From an uncultured Opitutia bacterium (GTDB taxonomy: Bacteria > Verrucomicrobiota > Verrucomicrobiia > Opitutales > CAJWYM01): DNA of 64,000 nt. The notes under the pieces are model-generated. The model did not search any database and was not told the origin of the DNA. It worked only from the letters and a program-made list of their open reading frames with translations. The stretch lies in NCBI GenBank assembly GCA_913049555.1, contig CAJWYM010000001.1, forward strand, positions 52,882 through 116,881. The letters run 5' to 3'. Numbering within the stretch: position 1 is the first letter of the stretch; every line of letters starts with the position of its first letter. The position numbers and the translations under genes were made by a program. Shown here piece by piece: positions 12,119-22,421 of this stretch.

Positions 12119-14068
12119 TTAGAACTGTTTTTGGATTTCCTCCACGACACTAGGATCTGCAAGTGTTGATAAATTTCCAAGTGCTTTGCCTTCTGCGATG
12201 TCTCTTAGAATTCTTCTCATAATCTTTCCTGAACGAGTTTTTGGAAGATCTGAAGAGAAAATTATCTTTTCAGGCAGCGCAAATTTCCCAATTTTCTGAG
12301 CAACAAGAGAATTGAGCGCTTTTTTCAGTTCATCATCTGCAATTTTTCCCTCTTTCACAGTCACAAAGGAAACGAGGCCTTGACCCTTAATTTCATGAGG
12401 AACACCGATGACCGCAGACTCTGCTACTGAAGAATGCTCAATGTTAATGCTTTCAAGCTCGGCCGTTCCAATCCGGTGGCCAGAAACATTCACCACATCA
12501 TCGACTCGCCCTAAAATCCAAATATAATCGTCTTCGTCTTTTCTGGCACCATCACCAGGGAAATAATATTCTCCATTCCATTTGCACCAATAGGTTTCTT
12601 TAAACCTCTCGGGATCTCCATAGATTCCACGCAACATTCCTGGCCAAGGTTGTTTGATAGACAAAATTCCTGCTCTAACTTCATCCCCCTCCTCAGATAA
12701 AACCGCAGGTTCAATCCCGAAAAAAGGCAAAGTTGCACAACCAGGTTTTGTAGGAGTAACTCCGGGTAGAGGAGACAAAAGAATCCCGCCGGTCTCGGTC
12801 TGCCACCAAGTATCGACAATGGGGCACTTTTCCGCACCGATTTTAGTGTGATACCACATCCATGCCTCGGGATTGATGGGTTCTCCAACAGTTCCTAAAA
12901 GTCTCAAAGATGAAAGATCGTGTTTGTCTACCCACGAATCTCCCCACTTCATAAATGCCCGGATGGCAGTTGGGGCCGTATAAAAAACAGAAACTTTATA
13001 TTTTTCGATGAGATTCCAAAAGCGACTGTTGTCAGGAAAGTTCGGAGCGCCTTCATAAACCATCAAAGTGGCCGCATTTTGTAAGGGGCCGTAGATGATG
13101 TAACTGTGTCCGGTAATCCATCCTATATCTGCAGTGCACCAATAAACATCCTCGGGCTTTAGATCAAAAATATATTTACTGGTTAAGTAGGTGTAGACCA
13201 TGTAGCCAGCGGTTGTATGGATAATGCCCTTTGGTTTTCCAGTGGTACCACTTGTATACAATAAGAAAAGCATATCTTCCGCATCCATTTCTTCAGCGGG
13301 GCAATCAATTGCTTGGTCTAGAACTAAATCGTGATACCAAATGTCTCGACCCTCTTGCATAGTGCATGGCATTTCTTTATGAGGATGGCGTTTCACAACG
13401 ATTTGCTTTTCGATCGTCTTGCAATCCTGAATCCCTAAATCGACAATCTCTTTAAGAGCCAAAACTTTACCTCTTCGGTAACTGGCGTCCTCTGTAACAA
13501 TCACTTTAGCCCCTGAGTCTTGAACTCTATCTTTGATGGATTCGGCAGAGAAACCCGCGAAAATTACAGAATGGACGGCTCCAATCCTAGCACAGGCCAA
13601 TACAGAAATTATCAATTCTGGAACCATAGGCAAATAGAGGGCTACTCGGTCGCCTTTTTTGACCCCAAGGCTTTTTAGACCATTGGCAAACTTACAGATT
13701 TCACGATGCAAATCTTGATAAGTTAAAACCTTCTCCTCCCCAGGTTCTCCCTCCCATATGACTGCAGCTTTGTTTTTGTTTGGTCCCTCTAAATGCCTGT
13801 CAACACAGTTGTAACAGAGGTTGGTCTTTGCGCCTTTATACCAACTAAAGAAAGGCTTTTTGGAGTCCTCTAAAACCGTGTCCCACTTTTTAAACCAGTG
13901 AAGATCGTTTGCAACTTCAGACCAGAATTTTTCTGGGTCTTGAATACTTTGCTGATACATCGATTTGTAAGCTTCCATACTTTTAATATGCGCTTTTTCA
14001 GAAAATTCTTTGGTTGGAGGAAAACTTCTGTTTTCATCCATTATGGATTCCATATTATTTGTGGTCAT
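12119..14068 (-). CDS. acs: Acetyl-CoA synthetase (AMP-forming)
   Basis: LYTSGTTGKPKG, WCTADIGWITGHSY, GEPINPEAW, DTWWQTETGG, LPKTRSGKIMRR. Confidence 0.97.
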   Translation of the reverse strand: MTTNNMESIMDENRSFPPTKEFSEKAHIKSMEAYKSMYQQSIQDPEKFWSEVANDLHWFKKWDTVLEDSKKPFFSWYKGAKTNLCYNCVDRHLEGPNKNKAAVIWEGEPGEEKVLTYQDLHREICKFANGLKSLGVKKGDRVALYLPMVPELIISVLACARIGAVHSVIFAGFSAESIKDRVQDSGAKVIVTEDASYRRGKVLALKEIVDLGIQDCKTIEKQIVVKRHPHKEMPCTMQEGRDIWYHDLVLDQAIDCPAEEMDAEDMLFLLYTSGTTGKPKGIIHTTAGYMVYTYLTSKYIFDLKPEDVYWCTADIGWITGHSYIIYGPLQNAATLMVYEGAPNFPDNSRFWNLIEKYKVSVFYTAPTAIRAFMKWGDSWVDKHDLSSLRLLGTVGEPINPEAWMWYHTKIGAEKCPIVDTWWQTETGGILLSPLPGVTPTKPGCATLPFFGIEPAVLSEEGDEVRAGILSIKQPWPGMLRGIYGDPERFKETYWCKWNGEYYFPGDGARKDEDDYIWILGRVDDVVNVSGHRIGTAELESINIEHSSVAESAVIGVPHEIKGQGLVSFVTVKEGKIADDELKKALNSLVAQKIGKFALPEKIIFSSDLPKTRSGKIMRRILRDIAEGKALGNLSTLADPSVVEEIQKQF

Positions 14069-14195
14069 AGTATTGTAGCAATTTCAAGAGGTGAATGTGA
14101 CTCATTGAAGGGGTCCGTAGAGCTTGAGGAGTTCTTATCGAATAATCGAACTCATATCTTGTCAATATCTATTCAAAATGATTCAATGATAAATT

Positions 14196-15251
14196 ATGAT
14201 AGAAACCTTCAAAATTCCTGAATTTTTAGCTGAATTGTTAGAGTCCAGATCCCCCTCTGGCTTAGAATTAGAGGCTCAAGCAGTTTATCGTAAATGGACA
14301 GAGGAAAGTGCAGATACCTACTTGCAGGATGTTTTAGGAAATTGTATTGCTCGGATACACTCTTCTAATGATAAAAAGCTTATGCTAGCAGGTCACATCG
14401 ATGAGTTAGGTCTGATAGTCAAATATATCAACGAAGATGGGTTTGTTTTTTTTGATACAATCGGAGGACATGATAAAATTTTAATTTCGGGCAGGAGGGT
14501 TCAAATATTAACAGATCGTGGGATTGTAAAAGGCGTTACTGGAAAGCGTGCGATCCATTTAATGAGTGAAGCGGATCGTAAAAAAGTGCCTGAACTGCAC
14601 GAAATGTGGATGGATCTTGGAGTTTCCAGTAAAAAAGAAGCTTTAAAGTTAGTTTCTATTGGCGATGTGGCTGTGTATGATCACTCATTGGAAGTAGTGA
14701 ATGGATCCGTTTGCACGGCTCGGGCTTTTGATGATAAGTCTGGGGCTTACGTAGTGGGTGAGACTTTAAGAAGATTGGCGACTGAGAAACTTAAAACGCA
14801 AGTAATCTCCGTGGCAACGACTCAGGAAGAAATTGGAACTAGGGGGGCAATGACCTCTGCTTTTAGCTTAAATCCTGATATTGGAATTGCTGTAGATGTT
14901 GGACATGCGACCGATTCACCAGATTGTGATAAGAGAAAATACGGGGATTTTAAAATTGGTTCTGGACCTATTCTTGGGCGTGGTCCCAATATACATCCAA
15001 TGGTTTTTAAGCACCTCAAAAATTGTGCTGAAAAAATTAAAATTCCTTATCAGGTAGAGGCAGAACCTAGACCGACTGGAACCGATGCTAGGGCTATTCA
15101 AATTGCAGGAAGTGGAGTTGCTACGGGGTTGGTCTCTTTGCCTCTAAGGTATATGCACACACCCAGCGAAGTGATGGACATTAAGGATCTAGAGTTTACA
15201 ATTTCTTTGTTGTGTGAATTTGCAAAATCAATGCATGAAATGGAACTATAA
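14196..15251 (+). CDS. M42-family metallo-aminopeptidase
   Basis: SPSG, AGHIDELG, AFDDK, QEEIG, AVDVGHA, GTDA, RYMHTPSE. Confidence 0.92.
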   Translation: MIETFKIPEFLAELLESRSPSGLELEAQAVYRKWTEESADTYLQDVLGNCIARIHSSNDKKLMLAGHIDELGLIVKYINEDGFVFFDTIGGHDKILISGRRVQILTDRGIVKGVTGKRAIHLMSEADRKKVPELHEMWMDLGVSSKKEALKLVSIGDVAVYDHSLEVVNGSVCTARAFDDKSGAYVVGETLRRLATEKLKTQVISVATTQEEIGTRGAMTSAFSLNPDIGIAVDVGHATDSPDCDKRKYGDFKIGSGPILGRGPNIHPMVFKHLKNCAEKIKIPYQVEAEPRPTGTDARAIQIAGSGVATGLVSLPLRYMHTPSEVMDIKDLEFTISLLCEFAKSMHEMEL

Positions 15252-15329
15252 AACGATCCTTAAACTTGGATTTTTTTATAGCTTCGAATCAGTTTCCAGT
15301 TCATTTAAGTTGTTTTTAACTACCAAATC

Positions 15330-16193
15330 ATGCCTGTGTCGATCGTTGTTCTTTATTACAACAAGATTCATTTAACTAGAGCTTGTCTGGATTCTATAAT
15401 TTCAAATTATGGAGCTTCTGTTTCTGTTTTTGCCTATGACAACGGATCTCTGCCAGAAATTACAGGTCAATTGAAACAAGAATACCCCAATGTACTATTT
15501 AAAAGAAGTGAAAAAAATAGGGGTTATTCTGGTGGATTTAACAGGGCCCTTCAATGGGTCTTTTCAGAAGGGGTAGAAAAGGTTTTATTTTTGACAAATG
15601 ACACCTCTTTGATGGAGGGTGCGCTCGAGTGCTTGAATCAATTTTCAATCACCAATCATTGTTCACTCATTGCTCCGTTACTCCTTTCTCATAGAGATTT
15701 GAGTCTGGTTGATTCTTATGGGGCCAAGTTTGATCCCAAAACCTATAGCCTTTCTCATTTTAAAGATATTGAGGGAGACTTTATACTAGGTGAAAATGAG
15801 TATATCCCCGGAACTGCATTGTATATCGATAAAAAAGTTTTCCATTTAATAGGAGGTTGCGATGAATCCTATTTTATGTATTGGGAAGATGTTGATTTTT
15901 GTTTCCGAGCTAGATCTAGGGGAATCCGAATGGGAAGATGTGCCCAGGCCCGAATTTCACATGGAATTGGCAAAACTTGCCACAAAAAAGCGATTTATAC
16001 GACTTATTATTTTCAGAGAAATCGAATTAAATTTTGTAAAACATTTTTGAATAATCCGGATTGGATGCATGCCAGAATTCAATTTAGAGACGAAATTGAA
16101 GATAAAATTGAGTTTTACAAGTTGAAACAAGATTTCAAGCGTATGCATTTTTGGATGGATATTGGAAAAGAATTTGCTCTGTTGAAAAAATAG
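15330..16193 (+). CDS. Glycosyltransferase family 2
   Basis: SIVVLYYN, DNGS, NRGYSGGFN, LTND, DESYFMYWEDVDFCFRA. Confidence 0.9.
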   Translation: MPVSIVVLYYNKIHLTRACLDSIISNYGASVSVFAYDNGSLPEITGQLKQEYPNVLFKRSEKNRGYSGGFNRALQWVFSEGVEKVLFLTNDTSLMEGALECLNQFSITNHCSLIAPLLLSHRDLSLVDSYGAKFDPKTYSLSHFKDIEGDFILGENEYIPGTALYIDKKVFHLIGGCDESYFMYWEDVDFCFRARSRGIRMGRCAQARISHGIGKTCHKKAIYTTYYFQRNRIKFCKTFLNNPDWMHARIQFRDEIEDKIEFYKLKQDFKRMHFWMDIGKEFALLKK

Positions 16194-16203
16194 TAGAATG
16201 GTC

Positions 16204-16232
16204 TTGCCAATAACTAAGTAGGTGTCCACTAT
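16204..16232 (+). promoter_or_regulatory. Candidate sigma-70 promoter of rpmI-rplT-pheST
   Basis: TTGCCA-17 nt-CACTAT, ending 20 nt upstream of the rpmI ATG. Confidence 0.4.
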
Positions 16233-16252
16233 TAAATGTTTTTTAAAGCATT

Positions 16253-16441
16253 ATGCAAAAGACAAAGAAAGCAATCGTTAAACGATTTAAAGTAACTGGA
16301 ACCGGGAAACTTATGAGACGGACCCCCGGCCATCGACACTTATTGCGCAAGAAGTCCGTGCAACGCCGTCGTCGCGCAAGCAACGACAAGTCAGTGTCTC
16401 CCGGTTTTACGAAACGTTTAAAAACTGGAATGAATATATAG
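16253..16441 (+). CDS. rpmI: 50S ribosomal protein L35
   Basis: KTKKAIVKRFKVTGTGKL...HLLRKKS; lies directly before rplT. Confidence 0.95.
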   Translation: MQKTKKAIVKRFKVTGTGKLMRRTPGHRHLLRKKSVQRRRRASNDKSVSPGFTKRLKTGMNI

Positions 16442-16480
16442 GAACGTAAGTTACTGTATCTAACATAGAGAAATAAAGAC

Positions 16481-16858
16481 ATGGCAAGAGCACAAAATGC
16501 CCGCGCGACCAACAGACGTCGCAAAAAAGTTTTAAAAAGAGCTAAAGGTTACTTCGGTAATAAATCACGCTTATACCGTTATGCAGTAGATGCTGTAGAA
16601 CGCGCTGACAAGTATGCTTATCGCGATAGACGCAAAAAGAAGTCTACGATGCGTCAATTGTGGATTGTTAGGATCAATGCCGCTTGTAGACCACAAGGAA
16701 TCAATTACAGTCGCTTTATGGCGGGTCTCGCTGCTGCTGAAATTAAACTAGACCGCAAGGCTCTTTCCGAGTTGGCGATCCATGATGAGGCAGCTTTTTC
16801 TGCCCTAGTTGAAAAGGCTAAAGAAGCGAATTCTGAAACGGCTTCAAAATCGGAGTAA
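16481..16858 (+). CDS. rplT: 50S ribosomal protein L20
   Basis: [40 protein letters not shown]. Confidence 0.98.
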   Translation: MARAQNARATNRRRKKVLKRAKGYFGNKSRLYRYAVDAVERADKYAYRDRRKKKSTMRQLWIVRINAACRPQGINYSRFMAGLAAAEIKLDRKALSELAIHDEAAFSALVEKAKEANSETASKSE

Positions 16859-16912
16859 TCCATTTAGCAATCCAATTATAACCACTTAATAGAAGAAAGG
16901 CTCTTTGCCTTT

Positions 16913-17956
16913 ATGGAAAAAAAGCTTCAAGCAATCTTAACCGAAGCCAAAAGTTCCGAATCTTCAATCCAATCAATGCCTGCCTTGGATCAATTCAAGG
17001 CGGGCATTGTTGGTTCTAAAGGTTCGATGACTGAGATTATGAAGGGCATGAAAGCCCTTCCTAAGGAAGAAAAACCTGAATTCGGTAAAAAAATTAACCT
17101 TGTAAAAAAAGAGTTAGAAACTCTTTTTGCTAAGGTGCGAGAGCGGTTGGAGGAGTCTGATTTAGCAAAAAAATTAGGCCCCCCCGTAGACCCTACTTTA
17201 CCCTCTCCTAATTTATCAGGGGGTGGACTTCACCCATTGACTCAAATCAGAGAAGAAATGGTCGCGACCCTTAATAAAATTGGGTTTTCAGTGGTTGAGG
17301 GAACCGAAGCTGAAACGGAATGGTTTTGTTTTGATGCTTTAAATACTCCGGAAGACCATCCAGCTAGAGATGAACAAGACACTTTGTTTTTTAATGAAGA
17401 CACCGTTTTCTCAAATGTTACCAAAAAGGAAGAGGAGAGGTATTTATTGAGAACTCATACTTCCTCCGTTCAAATCCGGACTATGTTGGATCGGAAGCCC
17501 CCTATTCGAGTGATTGCTCCCGGACGTGTTTTTCGTAGAGACACCGTGGATGCTACACACAGTGCTAATTTCCATCAATTTGAAGGCTTATATGTAGATG
17601 AGGCAGTCACCGTTCGGGACCTAAAGGCACTTCTTGATTATCTGCTTAAAAGTTTGTTTGGCGACAAGGTGAAGACACGATTGAGACCCAGTTTTTTCCC
17701 TTTTACAGAACCGAGTTACGAAGTGGATTTAATCTCTCCTAATTTAGGAAAATTGAGCAATCAATGGATCGAGGTTATGGGCTGCGGTATGGTAGACCCA
17801 AAAGTCTTTGAATCTGTGGGTTATGAAGGATCTGAAATCTCTGGTCTCGCTTTTGGTATTGGCATAGAACGGATTGCAATGCTGCGACACGGGGTGGATG
17901 ATATTCGTCATTTTTATCAGAACGATTTGCGTTTTTTAAATCAATTCAATCGTTAG
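16913..17956 (+). CDS. pheS: Phenylalanine-tRNA ligase alpha subunit
   Basis: HPARDEQDT, LLRTHTSSVQ, PGRVFRRD, FPFTEPS, AFGIGIER. Confidence 0.98.
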   Translation: MEKKLQAILTEAKSSESSIQSMPALDQFKAGIVGSKGSMTEIMKGMKALPKEEKPEFGKKINLVKKELETLFAKVRERLEESDLAKKLGPPVDPTLPSPNLSGGGLHPLTQIREEMVATLNKIGFSVVEGTEAETEWFCFDALNTPEDHPARDEQDTLFFNEDTVFSNVTKKEEERYLLRTHTSSVQIRTMLDRKPPIRVIAPGRVFRRDTVDATHSANFHQFEGLYVDEAVTVRDLKALLDYLLKSLFGDKVKTRLRPSFFPFTEPSYEVDLISPNLGKLSNQWIEVMGCGMVDPKVFESVGYEGSEISGLAFGIGIERIAMLRHGVDDIRHFYQNDLRFLNQFNR

Positions 17957-17969
17957 GAGATACTAGTAT

Positions 17970-20405
17970 ATGAAAATTAGTTATAATTGGCTTTGTCAAT
18001 ATGTGGACTTATTAGTCACTCCTGAGGAGTTGGCCGAAGCCCTTCCTATGATCGGATTGGAGCTGGATAACATTGAGAAGTTAGGCTTGCCCTCAATTCC
18101 TAAGCTTGTGGTTGGAGAGGTTTTGGAGAAAAAGCAACATCCGAACGCCGATCGTTTGAGTGTGTGTCTAGTAAAACATTCTACCGAGGGATCTACTTCA
18201 CAAATTGTGTGTGGCGCCAAAAATTTTAAAATTGGAGACAAAGTTCCTTTAGCTCTTGTAGGAGCAGAATTACCCGGAGGATTTAGAATAAAAGAATCCG
18301 AGCTCAGGGGCGTTGCTTCCAGTGGCATGATGTGCAGTGCCAAAGAATTAGGTTTAGGGGAAGATCATGCAGGACTCATGATTTTGGATGAGACTCTAGA
18401 AACGGGTGCCTCTATGAACGATGTCATGGGGGGTGGTGACACTGTTTTTGAGTTAGAGGTTACTTCCAATCGAGGAGATTGTTTGAGTCAAATTGGGGTA
18501 GCCAGAGAGATTGCAGCTTACTATGACATCCCTCTCAGGGAGCATGCAGTCACTCGAAAGATTCCTTGTAGTCCTAAAGCTTCAGAAGAAAGTTTGATCC
18601 AAAGCCTAGAAATCGAGTCGGATCTTTGCCCTTACTATACAGCTGTATCCATTCAAGGAGTTCAGATTGGCGAAAGCCCGAAGTGGTTGAAGGAATTTTT
18701 AGAAAATGTAGGCTTGAGGTCGATAAACAATGTCGTGGATATTACCAATTATGTACTTTGGGAATACGGACAGCCTCTACACGCATTCGACGCCAGCAAA
18801 ATAGAAGGTGAAAAGATCGTTGTCCGCAAAGCCACTCCCAATGAGAAGATCACAACTTTAGAGGGTGTTGAAAGAGAATTAGACAATGAAATGCTGGTCA
18901 TTGCGGATGCTGAAAAGCCACTTGTAATTGCAGGGGTTCTCGGAAGTTTAGTGGCGGAAGTAGACAATTCATCCGTGGATATACTTTTAGAAAGTGCTTA
19001 TTTCAATCCAGCTTCCATTCGAAAGACTTCCAGAAAGTTAGCTCTTTCTACGGACAGTTCTCATCGCTTTTCAAGAGATGTGGATCCTGCGGGAGTTAAA
19101 AAAGCGACCCTTCGAGCCGTTGAACTGATTCTTCAATTGGCAGGTGGGCAGGTGTCCGGTCCAATGATAGTTCATGGAGAACCTGGATCAGAGGGTAGAA
19201 AGATTCGAGTGACTGAGCAATATGTAGAGAAGATACTCGGCTTTTCGATCAGAAAAGAAGAGATATCAGACATTTGTCGAAGGCTAGGATTTACCGCTGA
19301 TATTATTCATGAGGAAATTGTGGTTTTCGTGCCTTCTTTCAGAAGAGAGGTAGATCGTCCAATTGATTTGGTGGAGGAAATTTTAAGAATTTACGGCACG
19401 GAAAGAATTCCTGCGAAGCGAGTCAGTTTTAATGCTACTGGGGAGCAAGACGACCCGATGGATCAAAAACTATCGAAGATTCGAAATCGTCTGGCTAGTG
19501 AGCATTTCCAAGAGTGTCAAAATTATACTTTACGGAATGTTAAGGATCTAAAAAATTGGTTTGGGGATGAAAATACCCAGAGCCTTAAATTGGCCAACCC
19601 CTTGAACGCAGATCAAACTCACATCCGAGCTTCCTTATTGCCTGGTTTATTGGGCAATCTACAGTTCAATATAAGCAACGGCAACTCTCCTAAAAGGCTT
19701 TTTGAGGTGGGGCATGTTTTTCGTTCGCAAAGTGGTAAAATTGCTGAACTGATCTCTGTATCATTCATTATGACACAAGAATCTTTGGCTAGAACTTGGT
19801 TGCGCCGTGAGCCGATTGATTTCTTTTCTGTGAAAGGATTTGTGGAATCGATTCTCTCAGAGATGGGGATCGATCCGAAACGAGTTCAATACCTTCCGCA
19901 GGTAACTAGTGATCTTTGGCAAGAGGAACATGCGGCTTCCTATGGATCTGTATTTCGAGAGCAAATTGAAGTATCATTGGGTTTACTAAATTTGAAGTCC
20001 CTTAAAAATTGGGATTTGAAAATCCCAATTTTTGGAGCAGAGATCGTGATACAACCAAAACAATTGTTGAAGGTCTCCTCCATTGTTGGATTTAAACCGA
20101 TCACAACCTATCCATCTGTTAGTAAAGATTTGGCTTTGGTTGTTGATCATGAAATCTTATCCATAACTGTTCAAAAAGAATTGGCAAAGATTTGTAAAAA
20201 GGCGACTCCTAAGGAATTCTCGGTGACTGGAATTGAGCCTTTTGATTTCTATCAAGGAGAGGGACTTCCTGAGGGTAAAAAGAGTTTAGCATTCGCAATC
20301 AACTTTAAATCTCCAGATCGCACCTTAAAGGACAAAGAGGTGAATCAAGCTTTTGATAAAATACAGTCTCTCTTAGCGGATACAACAGATTACACGCTTC
20401 GTTGA
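17970..20405 (+). CDS. pheT: Phenylalanine-tRNA ligase beta subunit
   Basis: HPNADRL, QIVCGAKN, GMMCSAKELG, NRGDCLS, NNVVDITNY, GQPLHAFD, C-terminal anticodon-binding domain. Confidence 0.98.
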   Translation: MKISYNWLCQYVDLLVTPEELAEALPMIGLELDNIEKLGLPSIPKLVVGEVLEKKQHPNADRLSVCLVKHSTEGSTSQIVCGAKNFKIGDKVPLALVGAELPGGFRIKESELRGVASSGMMCSAKELGLGEDHAGLMILDETLETGASMNDVMGGGDTVFELEVTSNRGDCLSQIGVAREIAAYYDIPLREHAVTRKIPCSPKASEESLIQSLEIESDLCPYYTAVSIQGVQIGESPKWLKEFLENVGLRSINNVVDITNYVLWEYGQPLHAFDASKIEGEKIVVRKATPNEKITTLEGVERELDNEMLVIADAEKPLVIAGVLGSLVAEVDNSSVDILLESAYFNPASIRKTSRKLALSTDSSHRFSRDVDPAGVKKATLRAVELILQLAGGQVSGPMIVHGEPGSEGRKIRVTEQYVEKILGFSIRKEEISDICRRLGFTADIIHEEIVVFVPSFRREVDRPIDLVEEILRIYGTERIPAKRVSFNATGEQDDPMDQKLSKIRNRLASEHFQECQNYTLRNVKDLKNWFGDENTQSLKLANPLNADQTHIRASLLPGLLGNLQFNISNGNSPKRLFEVGHVFRSQSGKIAELISVSFIMTQESLARTWLRREPIDFFSVKGFVESILSEMGIDPKRVQYLPQVTSDLWQEEHAASYGSVFREQIEVSLGLLNLKSLKNWDLKIPIFGAEIVIQPKQLLKVSSIVGFKPITTYPSVSKDLALVVDHEILSITVQKELAKICKKATPKEFSVTGIEPFDFYQGEGLPEGKKSLAFAINFKSPDRTLKDKEVNQAFDKIQSLLADTTDYTLR

Positions 20406-20605
20406 CGAAAGCTTAATGGGTCAATAATAGTAAATTCCATTCTTTATGGAATTGGTTTTTAGTGCATTTAAGGTTTGAATTTAATTTTAAGATGAAATTA
20501 AAAAATTAGAGTAGAACCATTCAGGTTTTACTTATCTAAATAGAATTGTAATCTAAACTAACTTCATTTTAAAAACTCTAAAACTTAGTTACTGGTTCTT
20601 TATTT

Positions 20606-22117
20606 TCATTTTCTATCGCCTGTTGAATTCTGCTTAAAATGATTTTTCAATAACAATAGCATTTGGTTTTTGATAGTTTCATATTTTTTTGATTTGAAAA
20701 GGTTGTTGGTTTCATGAGGATCTATCTCTAGATCATAAAGGGTTCCCATAAAATCCTTTCCTTGTCCCTCTTTCCAAATCGGTCGAACATTCATTGCATA
20801 TCGATCTGTTCTAATACACTGAAAAATGGGGCCCCACCATTTGTATGGGGTGCCCTCGAGCTTGTACCAATCCAAATTTTGATCTTCGATGATTTTTGCA
20901 AGGGAAACAACATCGTAGCCTCTTTTACCCTCAATTTCGGTCAATACATAATCTTGAAGGGCTGGGTGTTGAAAAAGGTCATGGGGTGTAAAAATACGAT
21001 GTTCCGTAAAAGCATAATCTCGCCATCGGATGCTTGGATGATTCATGAGAGGAATGAGACTTTTTCCTTCCATCTTTTCTACACTTTTTATTCCAGTATA
21101 CTCAAGGAGGGTGGGTGCAATATCAACCAGTTCTGTAAACGGTTTGATTCTTTTGCCCCTTGGGATGTTATGACCTTGAATGATAAGAGGCACCTGTCGC
21201 GAAGGTTCGTACATGTTGAATTTTTCATTTAAATCATGTTCTCCTAACAGATTTCCATGATCTGAGTGAAACACAATCAGATACGGCCGCTGCCAATTAT
21301 TTTCTAGGTAGTTGATAAAATTACCAATCTCTTCATCCACATAAGAGCAAAGACCATAATAGGATTTTCTCATATGCATAATTTCCGATCGGGTCATTCC
21401 TTTAGTTCCACTAATTTGCTGATAAACCTTTTTTTCAAAATCAATCACGCCCTTTGATTTTACTGAGTCCGAGGGATATTCCATGAGACTCGCATCATAC
21501 AAAGTATCAAATGGTTCTGGTGGAATCACAGGAGTGTGGGGATAAAGTAAACTCAATCTAAATAGGATGGGGGATGGATTCTGTTGGTAATTCTCTAAAT
21601 ATTGGATGGATCGGTGGACTCGATTTGCACACTCAGCCTCATTGGCTGGTAGAGGATTGGTTCCTCCAACGATCAATTTCTTGAATGTGGATTTTCTCTT
21701 AAGAATATTTAGTTCTTTTTCTCTTTTTATAAATTCAGCGGACAAACTTCCCGGCCATCCTTCTTTGGGTGCTTCTTTGAGGAAACTTTCATTGAAGGGC
21801 GAACGTTCTCGATTGTGATGTTCTTTGCCCACGTTCACTGTATGGTAACCATTTTCTTGAAGGATCTCAGGAAAAAACTTCAAGCTAGATCGGGTGGGGT
21901 CAAACCACATATTTTCGGTTGTGGATGGGTACATGCCACTTAGAAATGAGGCTCTGGAAGCTACACATGCAGGACTCTGGCAATAAGCCCGTTCGAATAA
22001 AACTCCATTCGAGGCCAGTCGGTCTAAATTTGGAGTTTTAATCCAATGATTGCCGTAGGCTCCAATTCCATCGACTCTATGTTCATCAGTAACAATCCAA
22101 AAGATATCTCTTTTCAT
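20606..22117 (-). CDS. Formylglycine-dependent (S1) sulfatase, no obvious signal peptide
   Basis: TDEHR, TPNLDRLA, CVASRASFLSG (CxxxR), VGKEH, PHTP, SDHG, ELVDIAPT, LYDLEIDPHE. Confidence 0.92.
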   Translation of the reverse strand: MKRDIFWIVTDEHRVDGIGAYGNHWIKTPNLDRLASNGVLFERAYCQSPACVASRASFLSGMYPSTTENMWFDPTRSSLKFFPEILQENGYHTVNVGKEHHNRERSPFNESFLKEAPKEGWPGSLSAEFIKREKELNILKRKSTFKKLIVGGTNPLPANEAECANRVHRSIQYLENYQQNPSPILFRLSLLYPHTPVIPPEPFDTLYDASLMEYPSDSVKSKGVIDFEKKVYQQISGTKGMTRSEIMHMRKSYYGLCSYVDEEIGNFINYLENNWQRPYLIVFHSDHGNLLGEHDLNEKFNMYEPSRQVPLIIQGHNIPRGKRIKPFTELVDIAPTLLEYTGIKSVEKMEGKSLIPLMNHPSIRWRDYAFTEHRIFTPHDLFQHPALQDYVLTEIEGKRGYDVVSLAKIIEDQNLDWYKLEGTPYKWWGPIFQCIRTDRYAMNVRPIWKEGQGKDFMGTLYDLEIDPHETNNLFKSKKYETIKNQMLLLLKNHFKQNSTGDRK

Positions 22118-22421
22118 TCTATCCTATTTGTTTTTTTTGTGAGTCTTAAGAAGAGGGTGGGCAGAACCTGACATTTTTACGGCAGTTATTTTAAAGAGAA
22201 TGTTTTTGTCAATCCAAGAGTGCGAGCTCTTTTTTTACTTGGATCTTAAATTTATCCATTAAAGATTCCATTAAATTTTAATGGGATCTACAATGAGGAA
22301 AGGTACATTAAAACTATTTTAGATCCACAAGATCGTAAAAAATCTTTTTTTGAATTATAAAAGTTTGCGAAATTCATTCTAATGTACTTATTATTAGCAT
22401 CCCCTATTTTAATTGAATATC

